DNA from: Podospora anserina
Lineage: Eukaryota
Direction: 5' to 3'
DNA: 64,000 nucleotides
Assembly (NCBI GenBank): GCA_017654855.1
Contig: CM030335.1
Span: forward strand, 2,604,001 to 2,668,000
The position numbers and the translations under genes were made by a program. Shown piece by piece: positions 12,011 to 22,597 of this stretch (position 1 is the first letter of the stretch; the number at the start of each line of letters is the position of its first letter). Below the pieces are notes generated by a model. It saw nothing but the letters and a program-made list of their open reading frames with translations, had not been told where the DNA came from and ran no database searches.

Positions 12011-12970
12011 TCATTGCTCTCCGCCCTCCTCCTCCTCATTATCGCCCTCCCCCATAACCAACCCAGCCCTAACAAGCCAAACCCCGGCCATAACCGGCGT
12101 AGTCACCAACCCCAACACTCCTCCCAAAACAAGCTTAAACACCTGCGGCGCCCAAGTAGCATCATACTCCCAGTCCCCCTTTCCGTTTGCCTTCCCGGCA
12201 GCAATCAACAACCCCACCGTCGGCCCCCAAAAGATCAAAAAACTGACCACCGCCACAAGCATGCTCCTCGCCGCCTGGCCCAAGAGGAACCCTCCCCATC
12301 CAAGAATTCCGGCCCCCGATGATGGGTAAGGCCACACAGAGACGACAACCTCTTCCAGACGGCCCCTACCCCCCTTCTCATCGCCCCCAGATGACACCAC
12401 CGGCACCGTCGCCGGTAACGAGCAAAGCCACCTAACCAATCTGTTGTTACTGAGCAGAGAAGAAGAGCTGAACATTCCTATGGGAGGTACACCCCCGGTC
12501 TTGAGGTCACGGTTCACAAGGAACAGCTCAATGAGCCAGGTGACGAGACATTGGAGGATGATGGTTACCGCCGCGTCGCCCGCCAGCGTCGAGGGGAAGG
12601 ACCATAACGTGATCTTGTCTGGGGGCTGGGGGGTTCCGTCTGGGTTGGTGCCAGGGCTGGTGGTGTACTGAGGGGCGGTGTACATTGCGTAGGCGATTGC
12701 AAAGTTGATGCCGCCTGATAGGATCAGGGCGCCGAGGCCGTCGAGGAGGAAGAGGTAGATGAACTGGGGGGTTGTGAGCTTGTTTGTTGGGGGGAGGGGA
12801 AGGGCAGGAGGGGAGAGGGTGATGGTTGTGCTTGGTGGGAGGCTGGCGTTGTCGGGAGGGGAGATGGGGCGGATGGCAGTTTCAATGTCGGGTTTGGGGG
12901 TGGTGATGTTGGATGTTGGTGGTGGTGGTGGTGGTGGTGAGCTGCGGGAGAAGGGGTTCGGAAGTGTCAT
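12011..12970 (-). CDS. Hypothetical multi-pass membrane protein (319 aa)
   Basis: Single ATG ORF with a Pro-rich N-terminus and about 4-5 hydrophobic segments (ILSGGINFAIAYAMY, LAGDAAVTIILQ.LVTW, FKLVLGGVLGLVTTP). Confidence 0.8.
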   Translation of the reverse strand: MTLPNPFSRSSPPPPPPPTSNITTPKPDIETAIRPISPPDNASLPPSTTITLSPPALPLPPTNKLTTPQFIYLFLLDGLGALILSGGINFAIAYAMYTAPQYTTSPGTNPDGTPQPPDKITLWSFPSTLAGDAAVTIILQCLVTWLIELFLVNRDLKTGGVPPIGMFSSSSLLSNNRLVRWLCSLPATVPVVSSGGDEKGGRGRLEEVVVSVWPYPSSGAGILGWGGFLLGQAARSMLVAVVSFLIFWGPTVGLLIAAGKANGKGDWEYDATWAPQVFKLVLGGVLGLVTTPVMAGVWLVRAGLVMGEGDNEEEEGGEQ

Positions 12971-13817
12971 TGTGATTGTTGGTGATGAAAAGAGTTCGTC
13001 AAAGTCGCGATGGTGAGTGAGGTTGAGAGGGAAAACTGAAAGATAAAAACAAGATCTAGATCATATCACTAAAATGTTAAATCGTGAAAGATACTTGACG
13101 ATGGTTGTCTACCAGACAATTGAAAAGCAAGGAATGAAGAGCGGTGTGTGTCCCAAAATCTCCGTCATGCGATGATGTGAGACCCGTGAACAGGTCGACT
13201 GAGTGATGCCAAATGACAAACGCGTCTTTCTTTCTCTCCCATCCACGAAACCAAACCCATCCCTTTCTCGATCGAAATTTCTCCCAGCCACTAGGGGCCT
13301 AGGCCACCCAATGCCCAACCCTACAACATCAAACCTGTCTGAGATGAATGCGCCGTTTGAGCAGTTTGAATGGTTGAGCCGTTGCGCATTCGTTGGCAAC
13401 GCTACGCCAAGGTTGGGCGGTGGGGCGTTGCTGATCAGGGTCCAGTTCATGCGCTCGGTGGCCGATTGGTTGGAATGAAGACAAGCGATCCACATTGCCG
13501 TTTATTTTGGGGATAGCGCCAGGGGTCTTGGACGTGCCGTTTCTTGGCCATCTCGAGGGTTGTCATGAATATCGTTCTGAAGAGAGTTATGTTAGACCAC
13601 ACAGGCAAAACCAGATGGTGTGAGGATATAGAAAGTACATCTTGGAGCTCATCCAACTCACACGCTGCATCCTCCAAGGGAGGTATAAATATGGACTGTA
13701 GCAGCTAACAATGATAAGAGATCATATCACCTCGAAAAGTCTTGCGTGTCAGAAATATGCAGATATCCTTGAGAGTTTGAGGTAGCATACTCATGTGTCA
13801 GCAGAGGACTGACGATG

Positions 13818-13897
13818 GGTTTAATTTTTATTAAATTTAAAAGTAATAAATTACCCAAGTAAGTTACTATCAAAGAGAGTTAAACTTTAATATAGGT
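13818..13897. repeat. Short AT-rich patch, possible RIP-degraded repeat fragment
   Basis: Abrupt, very AT-rich and TpA-rich stretch (tttaatttttattaaatttaaaagtaataaatt...) within ~50% GC DNA. Confidence 0.3.
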
Positions 13898-14144
13898 AGT
13901 AGATGTGGACGGCAAAACAATAGGGTAAACAGCAACAATGAAGGTGAAAAAGTAACTCAAACAAGCAATTGTGGAAAGACAGGCATCGGCTAGTAACAAC
14001 ATCAATGTAGGAAAGAGCCAGCGGTCGTGCCTGCCAATCATGCCATATGCGACCTCGCTCCTTCCCTCCCTTCATAACCCATGTTTTCGCGCACCCTGAT
14101 ATCTGAGAGCAAAGGAGTGGGTGGACAGGCAGTATGGCCTATCG

Positions 14145-14290
14145 GTCACCCGCGACGCAACGTGGATTCCTTTACACCTGCTGCCCGGTCGCTCTGATCT
14201 CTCGGAAACCCACCACCCATCCCAGTGATTCCTGAGGCTGGAATGCCATAGGTTGAGGGTTCGATTCCTTTTTGGGGCGGCCGTCTTTTT
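14145..14290 (+). tRNA. Probable tRNA pseudogene (possibly Arg-CCT, intron-containing) with a degenerate 5' half
   Basis: Intact-looking 3' half: variable loop AGGTT, T-arm GAGGG-TTCGATT-CCTTT, acceptor-like TTGGGGC, then a TTTTT Pol III terminator-like run. Upstream cgtggattcct is partly complementary to gaatgcca. The D-arm cannot be folded. Confidence 0.35.
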
Positions 14291-14789
14291 GCCCCTGACT
14301 TGAGGAGAGAAGCTTGCTGTGAGGTTACTTCCTCTATTGTAAGCCCGCAACCATCACCCATCCTTCCTCAACTGCTTGCCCGTTCTTTCCTGGTCATTAG
14401 AGGTTGCTGCCCCTTACAGAATAGGTGCGACCGCACCATGCCTTTCCACTGCCGTTTCCGTAGGCTGTCGGTCAGGCGAAACACTGCTTGCTGCGGAGGC
14501 ATATGATGTTTGCGTAACAGCAGCTACTTTGCCATATCGTGTTCCTTCCTCTTTCTGACGACGACTATAAACCCCCCCTCGGGAACAAATTCTCTCCTAT
14601 CTCTTCTCTTTAATAAATTCGTAGGTGATAGAGTCGTCAAAGTCCCTTGCCGTTCTGTCACAACATGATGACATGATATTTATCGAGCTTGCTTTGCCTT
14701 TCAACGATACAGAAGCGTTTAAACCTGCACCCCCCAACTCGGAAACATTTTTTTCAACCAGGTCCCAGCAACACGTCTTTACTACTCTC

Positions 14790-15856
14790 TCACATTCCAT
14801 AATTCCCATCAAACCAGCCCTGGCCCTTATAGTCCCCCCCCAGCACCGTCTCGATTGCCACCGGACCCCCCAACCTCCTCGCAAAGCTCGCCCTCGTCCC
14901 GCCCGCCCCCGGGCCCGAGTTGGCATACTCCCCAAAGTAAACATTCGACGTCCTCTCATCCCCCGCATTCCAAATCCTCCATCCCGCCCCATTGACAACA
15001 CCACTCATGGTCGTATTCTGAAACACAACCCTGGCGTACTCCCTCCACGGCCTACCCAGGTAAAACGCCCCGTTGTTCACGCTCTGCCCTGACTTGGCTG
15101 CGATGTTGCAGTTGTTGAAGACATAGAAGTTTGGCGAGGCGGAGTTTGATCTCCCAGACGCTACCCGATGTCAGCCCTGTTCAAGGGAGGTGGGGGAGGG
15201 GACTTACCAGTAATATATCCTACCGAAGACGACAGCACTCTAATATCGCACCTCTCAAACCAAGCCGGGCTTTCCTGTCCAAAAATAAAGTCCGTCACCC
15301 CGACGATCTCGCAGCGGGAATAGTACTGCTTCCCCCGGTTGGCGAGGACGGTGTCTTGATACCCCTGGAAGGAGCAGCCGTAGTAGCCGCTGTCGGCGTA
15401 CGCGGACAGGGCTACGGCTTGCGACCCCTTGCCGTAGGAGTTTACGATATTGAGGTTGTAGATCTTGACGTTGTTGGCTTTTACACGGACGGTGCCCGTC
15501 TCGTCGTTGGAGGCGCCGGTGTTGGCTTGGGATTTGGACTGGGTTATTGTTACGGAGTTTGAGGTGTAGGAGGCTGAGTTGGTGGTTGAGCCGTAGATGG
15601 AGATGGTGGATTTGACGGCGGCGGGGATGAGGACTTGTTCTTGGTAGGTGCCGGGGTAGAGGAAGATGCAGACGGGGGAGGTGGAGGTTGTGGAGAGGGA
15701 GGTGATGGCGGAGGAGAGGGTTGAGAATTGGGCCGAGTGGGCTGAGGGGGTCTTGGATACGCGGATGCAGGAGGAGGATGGGGGGGTGGTGCGAGCTTGG
15801 GCTGCCGTTGAGGGGATCAGCCCGAGAAGGGGGAGGAGGAGGGGGAGGAGGTGCAT
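14790..15856 (-). CDS. Pectin methylesterase (CE8), secreted, 2 exons: 15856-15208, 15160-14790
   Basis: Signal peptide MHLLPLLLPLLGLIPSTAA and CE8 motifs PGTYQEQV, QAVAL, YQDTV, DFIFG, YLGRPW and YFGEY. Intron GTAAGT..CTGAC..TAG (15207-15161) joins YITA|SGR. Confidence 0.92.
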
Positions 15857-16143
15857 TTTGGCGGTTGGGTAAGGTGGGAAAGGGGAGGTGGTGAAGAGGA
15901 GGGGGATTTGCACGGGAGGGTTCATGGGGTGGTATTATAGAGACACAAGCCGGTACTCCGTAGATCACATGCGAGATAGATCTTGTGAAGGCGCGGAAAA
16001 TCTTGAATCTTACCTATCTTGGCGGATGGGCCATCAAATGCTACCGCCGCCGAACACCTTGCTGGAGAATTGCATGCGGAAGATGGGTGAACGGAGGTCG
16101 TCGAGTCGGAGAAATGCCGAATTGGGAAGATTCGGGGGAGGTG

Positions 16144-16152
16144 ATTGGTGGA
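16144..16152 (-). promoter_or_regulatory. Candidate GARE (TCCNCCAAT) in the pectin methylesterase promoter
   Basis: Plus-strand attggtgga reads TCCACCAAT on the gene strand, about 290 bp upstream of the ATG at 15856. This is the expected site type for a pectinase gene. Confidence 0.6.
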
Positions 16153-16980
16153 CATTTACAATCCCCCTTCTAGTCGCATCATAGGGCTGTTCCACTTTGT
16201 TCCGTGTACTCTTCTGCTCTTTTTTGTTGTTTTCTCTTAGTTACTTTCACTCTTAATTTTGAAGGATCTGTCTGTTGAGCGTGACTTTTGTCAAATCAAC
16301 CAACGAATGCCCCCTCTTTGCTAACATCTATCCAAAGCCATCTGCTGCCAAAGTAATGGCGTCAGAAGCGGCTGTTTAGCCGGAAGACGACTGGTGCGCA
16401 TCTACGTCTATGTAGTACATAGCCATCCGGACATTTGGGATCTCTTGGTATGGTTTCGGTACCTGACATCTTGACAGAAGCAATGCGGGTTCATTTGCGG
16501 GTGAATTTGGTGATGGCTCCCGGCATTTTGATTGGTCTGCCATCGTGGATATATTTAGTAAACATGTTTTAGACATTTCGATCATATCACTGAAGGAGTC
16601 AAAAGTCGTCGAGGTCACAGAAACAATCACCATGCATCAAGGAAAAAGACTTTGAACAAAAAGTCATGTTTGTCTAACCCAGGGTCATCCATGTGAGCCA
16701 GTCGTTGACTACATATGCCGTCTCCTCCCAGATAAAAGTCCCCGGGAGGAAACCAAATAGTGTACGAAAAGAAGAAGAAAGTAGCAAAGCCATATATACA
16801 TGAGAATAAAACTTGTAGTTTTGTTTTGGGATCCCCAGCCTCTGATCCCTCAAAAATGGGAGCAAGCCATCAGCCGGGGGCCCATAAATTTGTGGTGCAC
16901 CAGGCTTAAAAATGTTTGCTTCGTATGCACATCAGAGAATCGAAATCAAAAGTTCCTTCTCTCGAAAAGAGGTTGACCGC

Positions 16981-18018
16981 TTAAGCGCGGGCGACCTTGC
17001 GGAGGTGGCGGCGACCGAGACCGGGGCAGCGGGTAGGCTGGGGGCGGGTGCTGATAGGACGAGTGCTGGTCTGGACAGGCACGGCAGTCTGAACAGCAGA
17101 GGTCTGAGCAGCAGAGGTCTGGACAACAGAGGTGACGATGGTGGTAGGGCTGGGTACAACGTTGACAGCGGTGGTAGTGGCAATAGGAGCAGGGGCGTTG
17201 GTGGCAGCGCCGGTGATAGCGGTGGCAGAGGAAACGATGGCGGAGGAGCCCTGAGCAACGGGAGCGAAGCCGGCGGGGAGAGCGGGACCGGGGATGGGGT
17301 AGCTGTCGAGGGAGCGGTAGATGTTGAAGCGGATACCAGCGTCGGTGGGAGTGTAGAGGGAAGTACCCTTGACACCCTGGGGAAGGACAGTGCCGGAACC
17401 AGTGACCTCAATGTTGAAGCACTGAGGGTAGTTCTGGGCGCCGTTGAGGTCGCCGCCGGAGTGAAGGGCGATGATCTCGTGGCGAAGGACGTACTGGCCG
17501 GGACGGATGTTGGCGGGAATCTTGATCATCCAGCTGTTGTTGTTGTCAATGAGGACATCGGAAGCCCACCGGCCAGGGGCCTGGGCACCGTTGACAAGAC
17601 CAGCCTCGGCGATCTTGAAGAACTCGAGAGCAGTCTTCTCAATCTTGTCGCAGCCAGTGTTACCGCACGAGGCAAGGTAGTCAATGACGGGGCCGTGGTG
17701 AGACTCGGGCCAGGTGTCCCACTGAACAAAGACGCTGTCACCCGCGGCAACAACGATGCGGCCCTGAGCGTTGGCCGAGTTCTTGTGGCAGATAATGTCG
17801 CTAGAGGCGAAAGACTCGGGGCCAACGAAGCCATTGTCGGTGTTGGAAGCGGTCCAGGCGGCAACCTTGGGGGGGTTCTGAGTGTAAGGGAAGCTGTTGA
17901 TGTCGTAGCCCTGGAAGGAGGCACCATTCACGACAACGTTCTTGACGTGGCCGTGGGCGTTGACAGCAGCGGCACCGGCCAAAGCGGCGAGGAGAGTCTT
18001 GGAGGTGAAGGAAGGCAT
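16981..18018 (-). CDS. AA9 (GH61) lytic polysaccharide monooxygenase with a Thr/Ala/Pro-rich C-terminal extension
   Basis: Signal peptide ending VNA followed by His1 (HGHV), [32 protein letters not shown] and GAQNYPQC. No CBM1. Intronless. Confidence 0.96.
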   Translation of the reverse strand: MPSFTSKTLLAALAGAAAVNAHGHVKNVVVNGASFQGYDINSFPYTQNPPKVAAWTASNTDNGFVGPESFASSDIICHKNSANAQGRIVVAAGDSVFVQWDTWPESHHGPVIDYLASCGNTGCDKIEKTALEFFKIAEAGLVNGAQAPGRWASDVLIDNNNSWMIKIPANIRPGQYVLRHEIIALHSGGDLNGAQNYPQCFNIEVTGSGTVLPQGVKGTSLYTPTDAGIRFNIYRSLDSYPIPGPALPAGFAPVAQGSSAIVSSATAITGAATNAPAPIATTTAVNVVPSPTTIVTSVVQTSAAQTSAVQTAVPVQTSTRPISTRPQPTRCPGLGRRHLRKVARA

Positions 18019-20725
18019 CTTGAAGGGTTGATTTCGAATCGCAAGGATGGTGGTGTTAAAAGCGTTGAGCAGGTCCGTCTAGCGGGGATATGTGGATTGT
18101 AACTTGGTGTTGGTTGGTGATGATAAGAGATCGGAAGAAATGTCTTCAGTCAATGAAGTGAGTGTAGGTATACAATGAATGTAGTTCGAAAGAAAACGAA
18201 GGAATGGCTCAAAAAATGAATGGCTTTGCTAGAAAGGTCGCGTTGCGCCTGGTGAGGAGAAAAGGTGGGTGCTGGAGGGAAGCAGTCGAGATGTTATATA
18301 CCTGATCAATCCTGAGATTATCCCATGACTGTGTATGAGCTTCCCTGCTCGAAGATGGATGTCAGACCCCTGAACGGTGGCTTGCCTACTTTAGGGGGTG
18401 GGCGCCGGGACCAGGATGAGCCCACAATGGTGGACGCATCGTGCGTCCGGTGTCAAACGGTGATGACGAAGGCAAACAGAGTGCTTCACCCATGGACTTG
18501 AGAAAGGAGTCTTCATACTGTTTCAGCAAAATTAGCTTCCTAGCCAACCCACCCTGGCGGGATCTCCCCTCTTTCCGTTCTCTTGACTCTTAGGACCTCA
18601 GTTATCGTCAAGGTCAGATCGACGCCCAAGATCCAGAGAATCTTCTCTTGTCCAGGTCCAGAAGGCGCTGTGTACCAGCCCGCGGCATGTGAAGCGACGG
18701 CCAAGGGCGGCATGGCAAGTAAACAGGATTGACGCCCTTGACAACGAGACATCCCGACTGGAGCTGATCTCCCATGGTGGAGTTTAAGGAGCATTGACAA
18801 CCCAGGCATTCACACTTTCAGGTAAGTTCAAGCGGATGCTCACCGTCAACGTCGTCTCTGGTGTGGGCGTTCGAGGGAGTGGTGGGTCAGCCCATGTGTG
18901 TGCCCATGCAGCTGGGAAGTGATGTGAGGCATGGATGTGTGTAGATCCAAAGAAGTGGTGGTTGGCAGCGCATGATCTGACCTCAAGGGACCACTGGCGG
19001 GCTCGGCTGGGATCCCGCAGTCAAGGCATGAAACAAGGGGGAAGGTTGGTTATGGGACGAAAGCGGGGAGTTGGGGCGGTTGTGATGCCGCCGTCGACGT
19101 CGTCGAAAGCTAGATACGGGTTGTGGGCGGCGGCGGGCAACGGTTTGTTGAATTAGGGGAACGCTTATGCAAGGACAGTGTCTCGCTTGTGTCTCCTCGA
19201 GCCGAAAACCCCACCACACCCCACGAAGACCACTTCGTCACCGTAGCTTGCGAGATTCGACAGCCCTTCCAGACGCTCTTGGTCAACGGTGGCAGGGATT
19301 GTGATGGAGGCGCAAAAGTAGCCGCCGTTGACAGACCGGGATGTTGTCTGACCGCCACGGCGACATGACCCAGATTGCGGGAAGCCGGCCCGCGAGGGAT
19401 TCGGATCAAGAACTGCTGCTGAGGGTCGTGATGTTTGTACAGAGAGCAAACAGGGCGAGATGATGCCATTCATCAGCCAGCGCTTGCAATCTCTCTGTAT
19501 TGGCCTGCCACATGAAACACTCAAGCGCCTCTTGTCTGCGGCTGCCAATGCCCAATATCCGCCGTCCTGGTTTCAACGGTCAAGCGGGGTTCGACGGATA
19601 TTCGGTACCAGCTTCCCAGGACACGGCCATGTCGATCGGCGCCGCCTTACCGGTAGTGGTCCATGTGAAGGCACCGTAGCTGACTTCATCAACGCGCATC
19701 GCCAGGCAGCAAAGTACCGGAGCGGTCGTGCTGGGCGCAGCGAGCGATCCTATGGGCGAGGTGGTGCGTTACGCAGCATAGCCTAGCGTGATATTGTACA
19801 GGTTCTCCAAGAATCTGTCGTCCGAAGTCATCCATCCATGTTCAAGCATCACCACCGCAAGCCGCCGGCCGAAGTGGAGGAATTGCTGAGGTTTCGTGTG
19901 TGGAGCAACGGAGATGAGAAGGGGACATCGTGCCACTGCCTTGCTGAAGTGCCGTGGCAGGGCGGCTCCATTATCTGATCACTAGTGAGGGGTTAGGGTT
20001 CAGAGATGGGTTAGATCCGTCGAATTGATATATCGATGCTGAAGACCACAAAACGGGGAGGACCTGCCCATATTGTGAAAGCTTTGGGTTTCCATTTGTT
20101 TTGTACTCGAAATCAGAAAAGATGTGATTGATCTATTGGACACTGACTCAGTTGCTGTCCCGAGCTGCAGTTCATCGGACTTGTACAGCAGCATAGGTAT
20201 CCATCACAACACCTTACATACCTGATGAAGTTTCCCCGCATCTCTCTGTGCCTTCCACTCAGCTTCCATCCAAACTTCACTTTTATTGTGGCGGAAAAGG
20301 AAAGCAGACAGAGCTCCCGTCTGCGTCCTGAATTGCTCCTCCCAGTTGAACCCAACCTGTCATAACCAGTGCTTGGTTTTGCCAATGACTGAAAGTAGCG
20401 CCCCACTCTGCGAAAGTTGAAGAATTTGAACCTCGAGTTGGGTTCCCTGAACACTCTCTGCCCACGCTTAACTCGCATCCGATGCCAACTCGCGGTCTCT
20501 TGATATCTCAGCAGTTTTACAGCACATCGTCTACAGTTCTAACCGTATTCGACAGCGCTGGTCGGCGAAAGCAGCAAAACACAGACTTGGGCACCATATC
20601 GTCGGTAATCCTCAGTCATCTCAATATCACGGTCCCATCTTTTCACGTGCTGATCTTGCGCAGTAGTAGCTGCCCCTATTTCGACATATAACATATCGAA
20701 TCAAGGAAATCGATATTCAGTCGAA

Positions 20726-22597
20726 ATGCCAGGCCAACTGGCTGATCTGAGCAGCCTGGATGCTCGCTCCGCTGCGCTGAGAGAGAAACTCAGTCGAAGT
20801 CGCCGGCAGAACAGCACGACCATTTCTAAAGAGTCGAGCAAGGTGTCGTTAGGTGCGACTGATGACGATATTCAGGACTTGATCACCTCGATACGGGTTA
20901 CATCTGGAGCCAACGATGATAACCCACAGCCCTCATCGTCGTCGTCCGATGCCTTGTCAAGAAACCATCAGGCCCATGCTGCTAACTCAACCAAATACAC
21001 CTCACAAGATGAGGTCTATACGAACACTTCACAGCCCCTTTCATTCATGAATGCCATGACGAGCAACCATCATGGGTTACCAAACTGTCAAGAGACACTG
21101 GCCACACGGACAACGTCTTCCACCGGCTCACAGCCACCATACACAGGCAATGTAGAAGTCTCATCGTCAGCTTCCCACGCGATACAAGAGCTACTCGAGC
21201 TTGCTCCCGACATCAAAGACTGGCTTGAAATGACCGAGTACCACAACACAGAGGTTCGCACAGTAAAGTTGGACCGTTTTCGGCGCTTAAGAGACCTCGC
21301 GGCCAAGAAAAAGAGACTCGAGGAGGAGGAACGAAAGCTTTTGGAAGAAGCTGAGAATGATTCCTGGCCACGGCAACCTCAGAACAAGGCCACACCCGCG
21401 CCTTTGGTTACTCGCGTACAGAGTGTCTCAGAGACGAGACAAAGCTTACCTACTCCCATCACCCCCAACAAACCCGAGCCTGAGGGCAAAGAAACCACTA
21501 GCGCAATGTTTCTGACTTCAGGCACCATGCACACGGCGACAAAGAGAGCGCGCCCTGAGGAAGGGGCTGACACGCAAGGAAGAGATAAGCTTCCTCGAAC
21601 TAACCACCAAGATGTCCAGAGAGAAGACAACAACCCAGTGGATGAGAGCAGACGCCTAGAGTTTGCGGACAGTCGTCCTAGCCACCCTCGGCATGATTTT
21701 GAGCGCCCCCCCCCCCGCTGGCATAACTACAAGGAGCCGTCTAACTTCCAGCGTTCTCGGAGCCCGCCGAGAGGTCCTTCATTCCGTCGGGAATACGGTG
21801 ATGACCGGCCTCAGTCGAGGTACGATAGCTACAAAGGACGTCGGGATTCGGCTCATCATGACAGAGAGAACGGAAGATCACGACGTCTGGACTTTGGACG
21901 TCGAGGTGGTTAGTAGAAGATGTCTCATCCATTCCCTGGTCCCCATCGTAGCAAGGTCTTTGTCTGGCGGTCATTGATCCATGGGACTGATTAACCTGGT
22001 GTTGTGTTGTACAGATACTCGATTCTTCATCGTCAAGTCTTTTAATGAGCAGAATGTCGAACAGTGTATGGAAGATGTAGGTCCCCATCCCAATCCAATG
22101 GCTTCAGAAGGCCATGCTGACCATACAAAATGCAGAATATTTGGACCACGCAGGCCAAAAACAGCTCGACATTTACCGAAGCCTTCAACCAGTGTAGGAA
22201 CGTTATCCTGTTCTTTTCGATCAACCAGTCTGGCCACTTTCAAGGCTACGCCCGGATGACAACCGCACCGTCGTCGAAGATCCCACGCCCCTGCTGGATG
22301 AAGAGCCTGCCCTGGGGCACCAGCGAGCCGTTCAGACTGGAATGGTTGAGCACCACACCCCTCGAGTTTCGAAGAGTCCGTCGAGTTACAAATCCGCTCA
22401 ATGAGGGCTTGCCGGTTTTTGTGGGCAAAGACGGACAGGAAATCGAGACCAGCGTTGGACACGAGCTGTTGAATGAGATGGATTTGGAGCGGGAGCGGAG
22501 GTGGGACGAAGATCACCGCGGTGGGTTGGTATCGGACTACCAGAGGGATGAGGATTATCACCATGGGACTATGGTGAAGCGCGAGTCGTCCACTTAG
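20726..22597 (+). CDS. YTH (YT521-B) domain RNA-binding protein, 3 exons: 20726-21908, 22015-22076, 22136-22597
   Basis: The spliced C-terminus reads DTRFFIVKSFN...NIWTTQ...NVILFFSINQSGHFQGYARM...PFRLEW...NPLNEG.PV..GKDGQEI, a YTH signature. The N-terminus has a coiled coil and RS/RD-rich low complexity. Introns GTTAGT..CAG and GTAGGT..CAG. Confidence 0.9.

Noticed and set aside
16912..18102. 396-aa plus-strand ORF fully antisense to the AA9 gene
   Set aside because: It mirrors the AA9 codons. Strong codon bias in highly expressed fungal genes removes antisense stops, and the product has no recognisable features.
19986..20000. Telomere-like TTAGGG words here and CCCTAACCTAACCC near 61462
   Set aside because: Only 1-2 imperfect units each, which is expected by chance.
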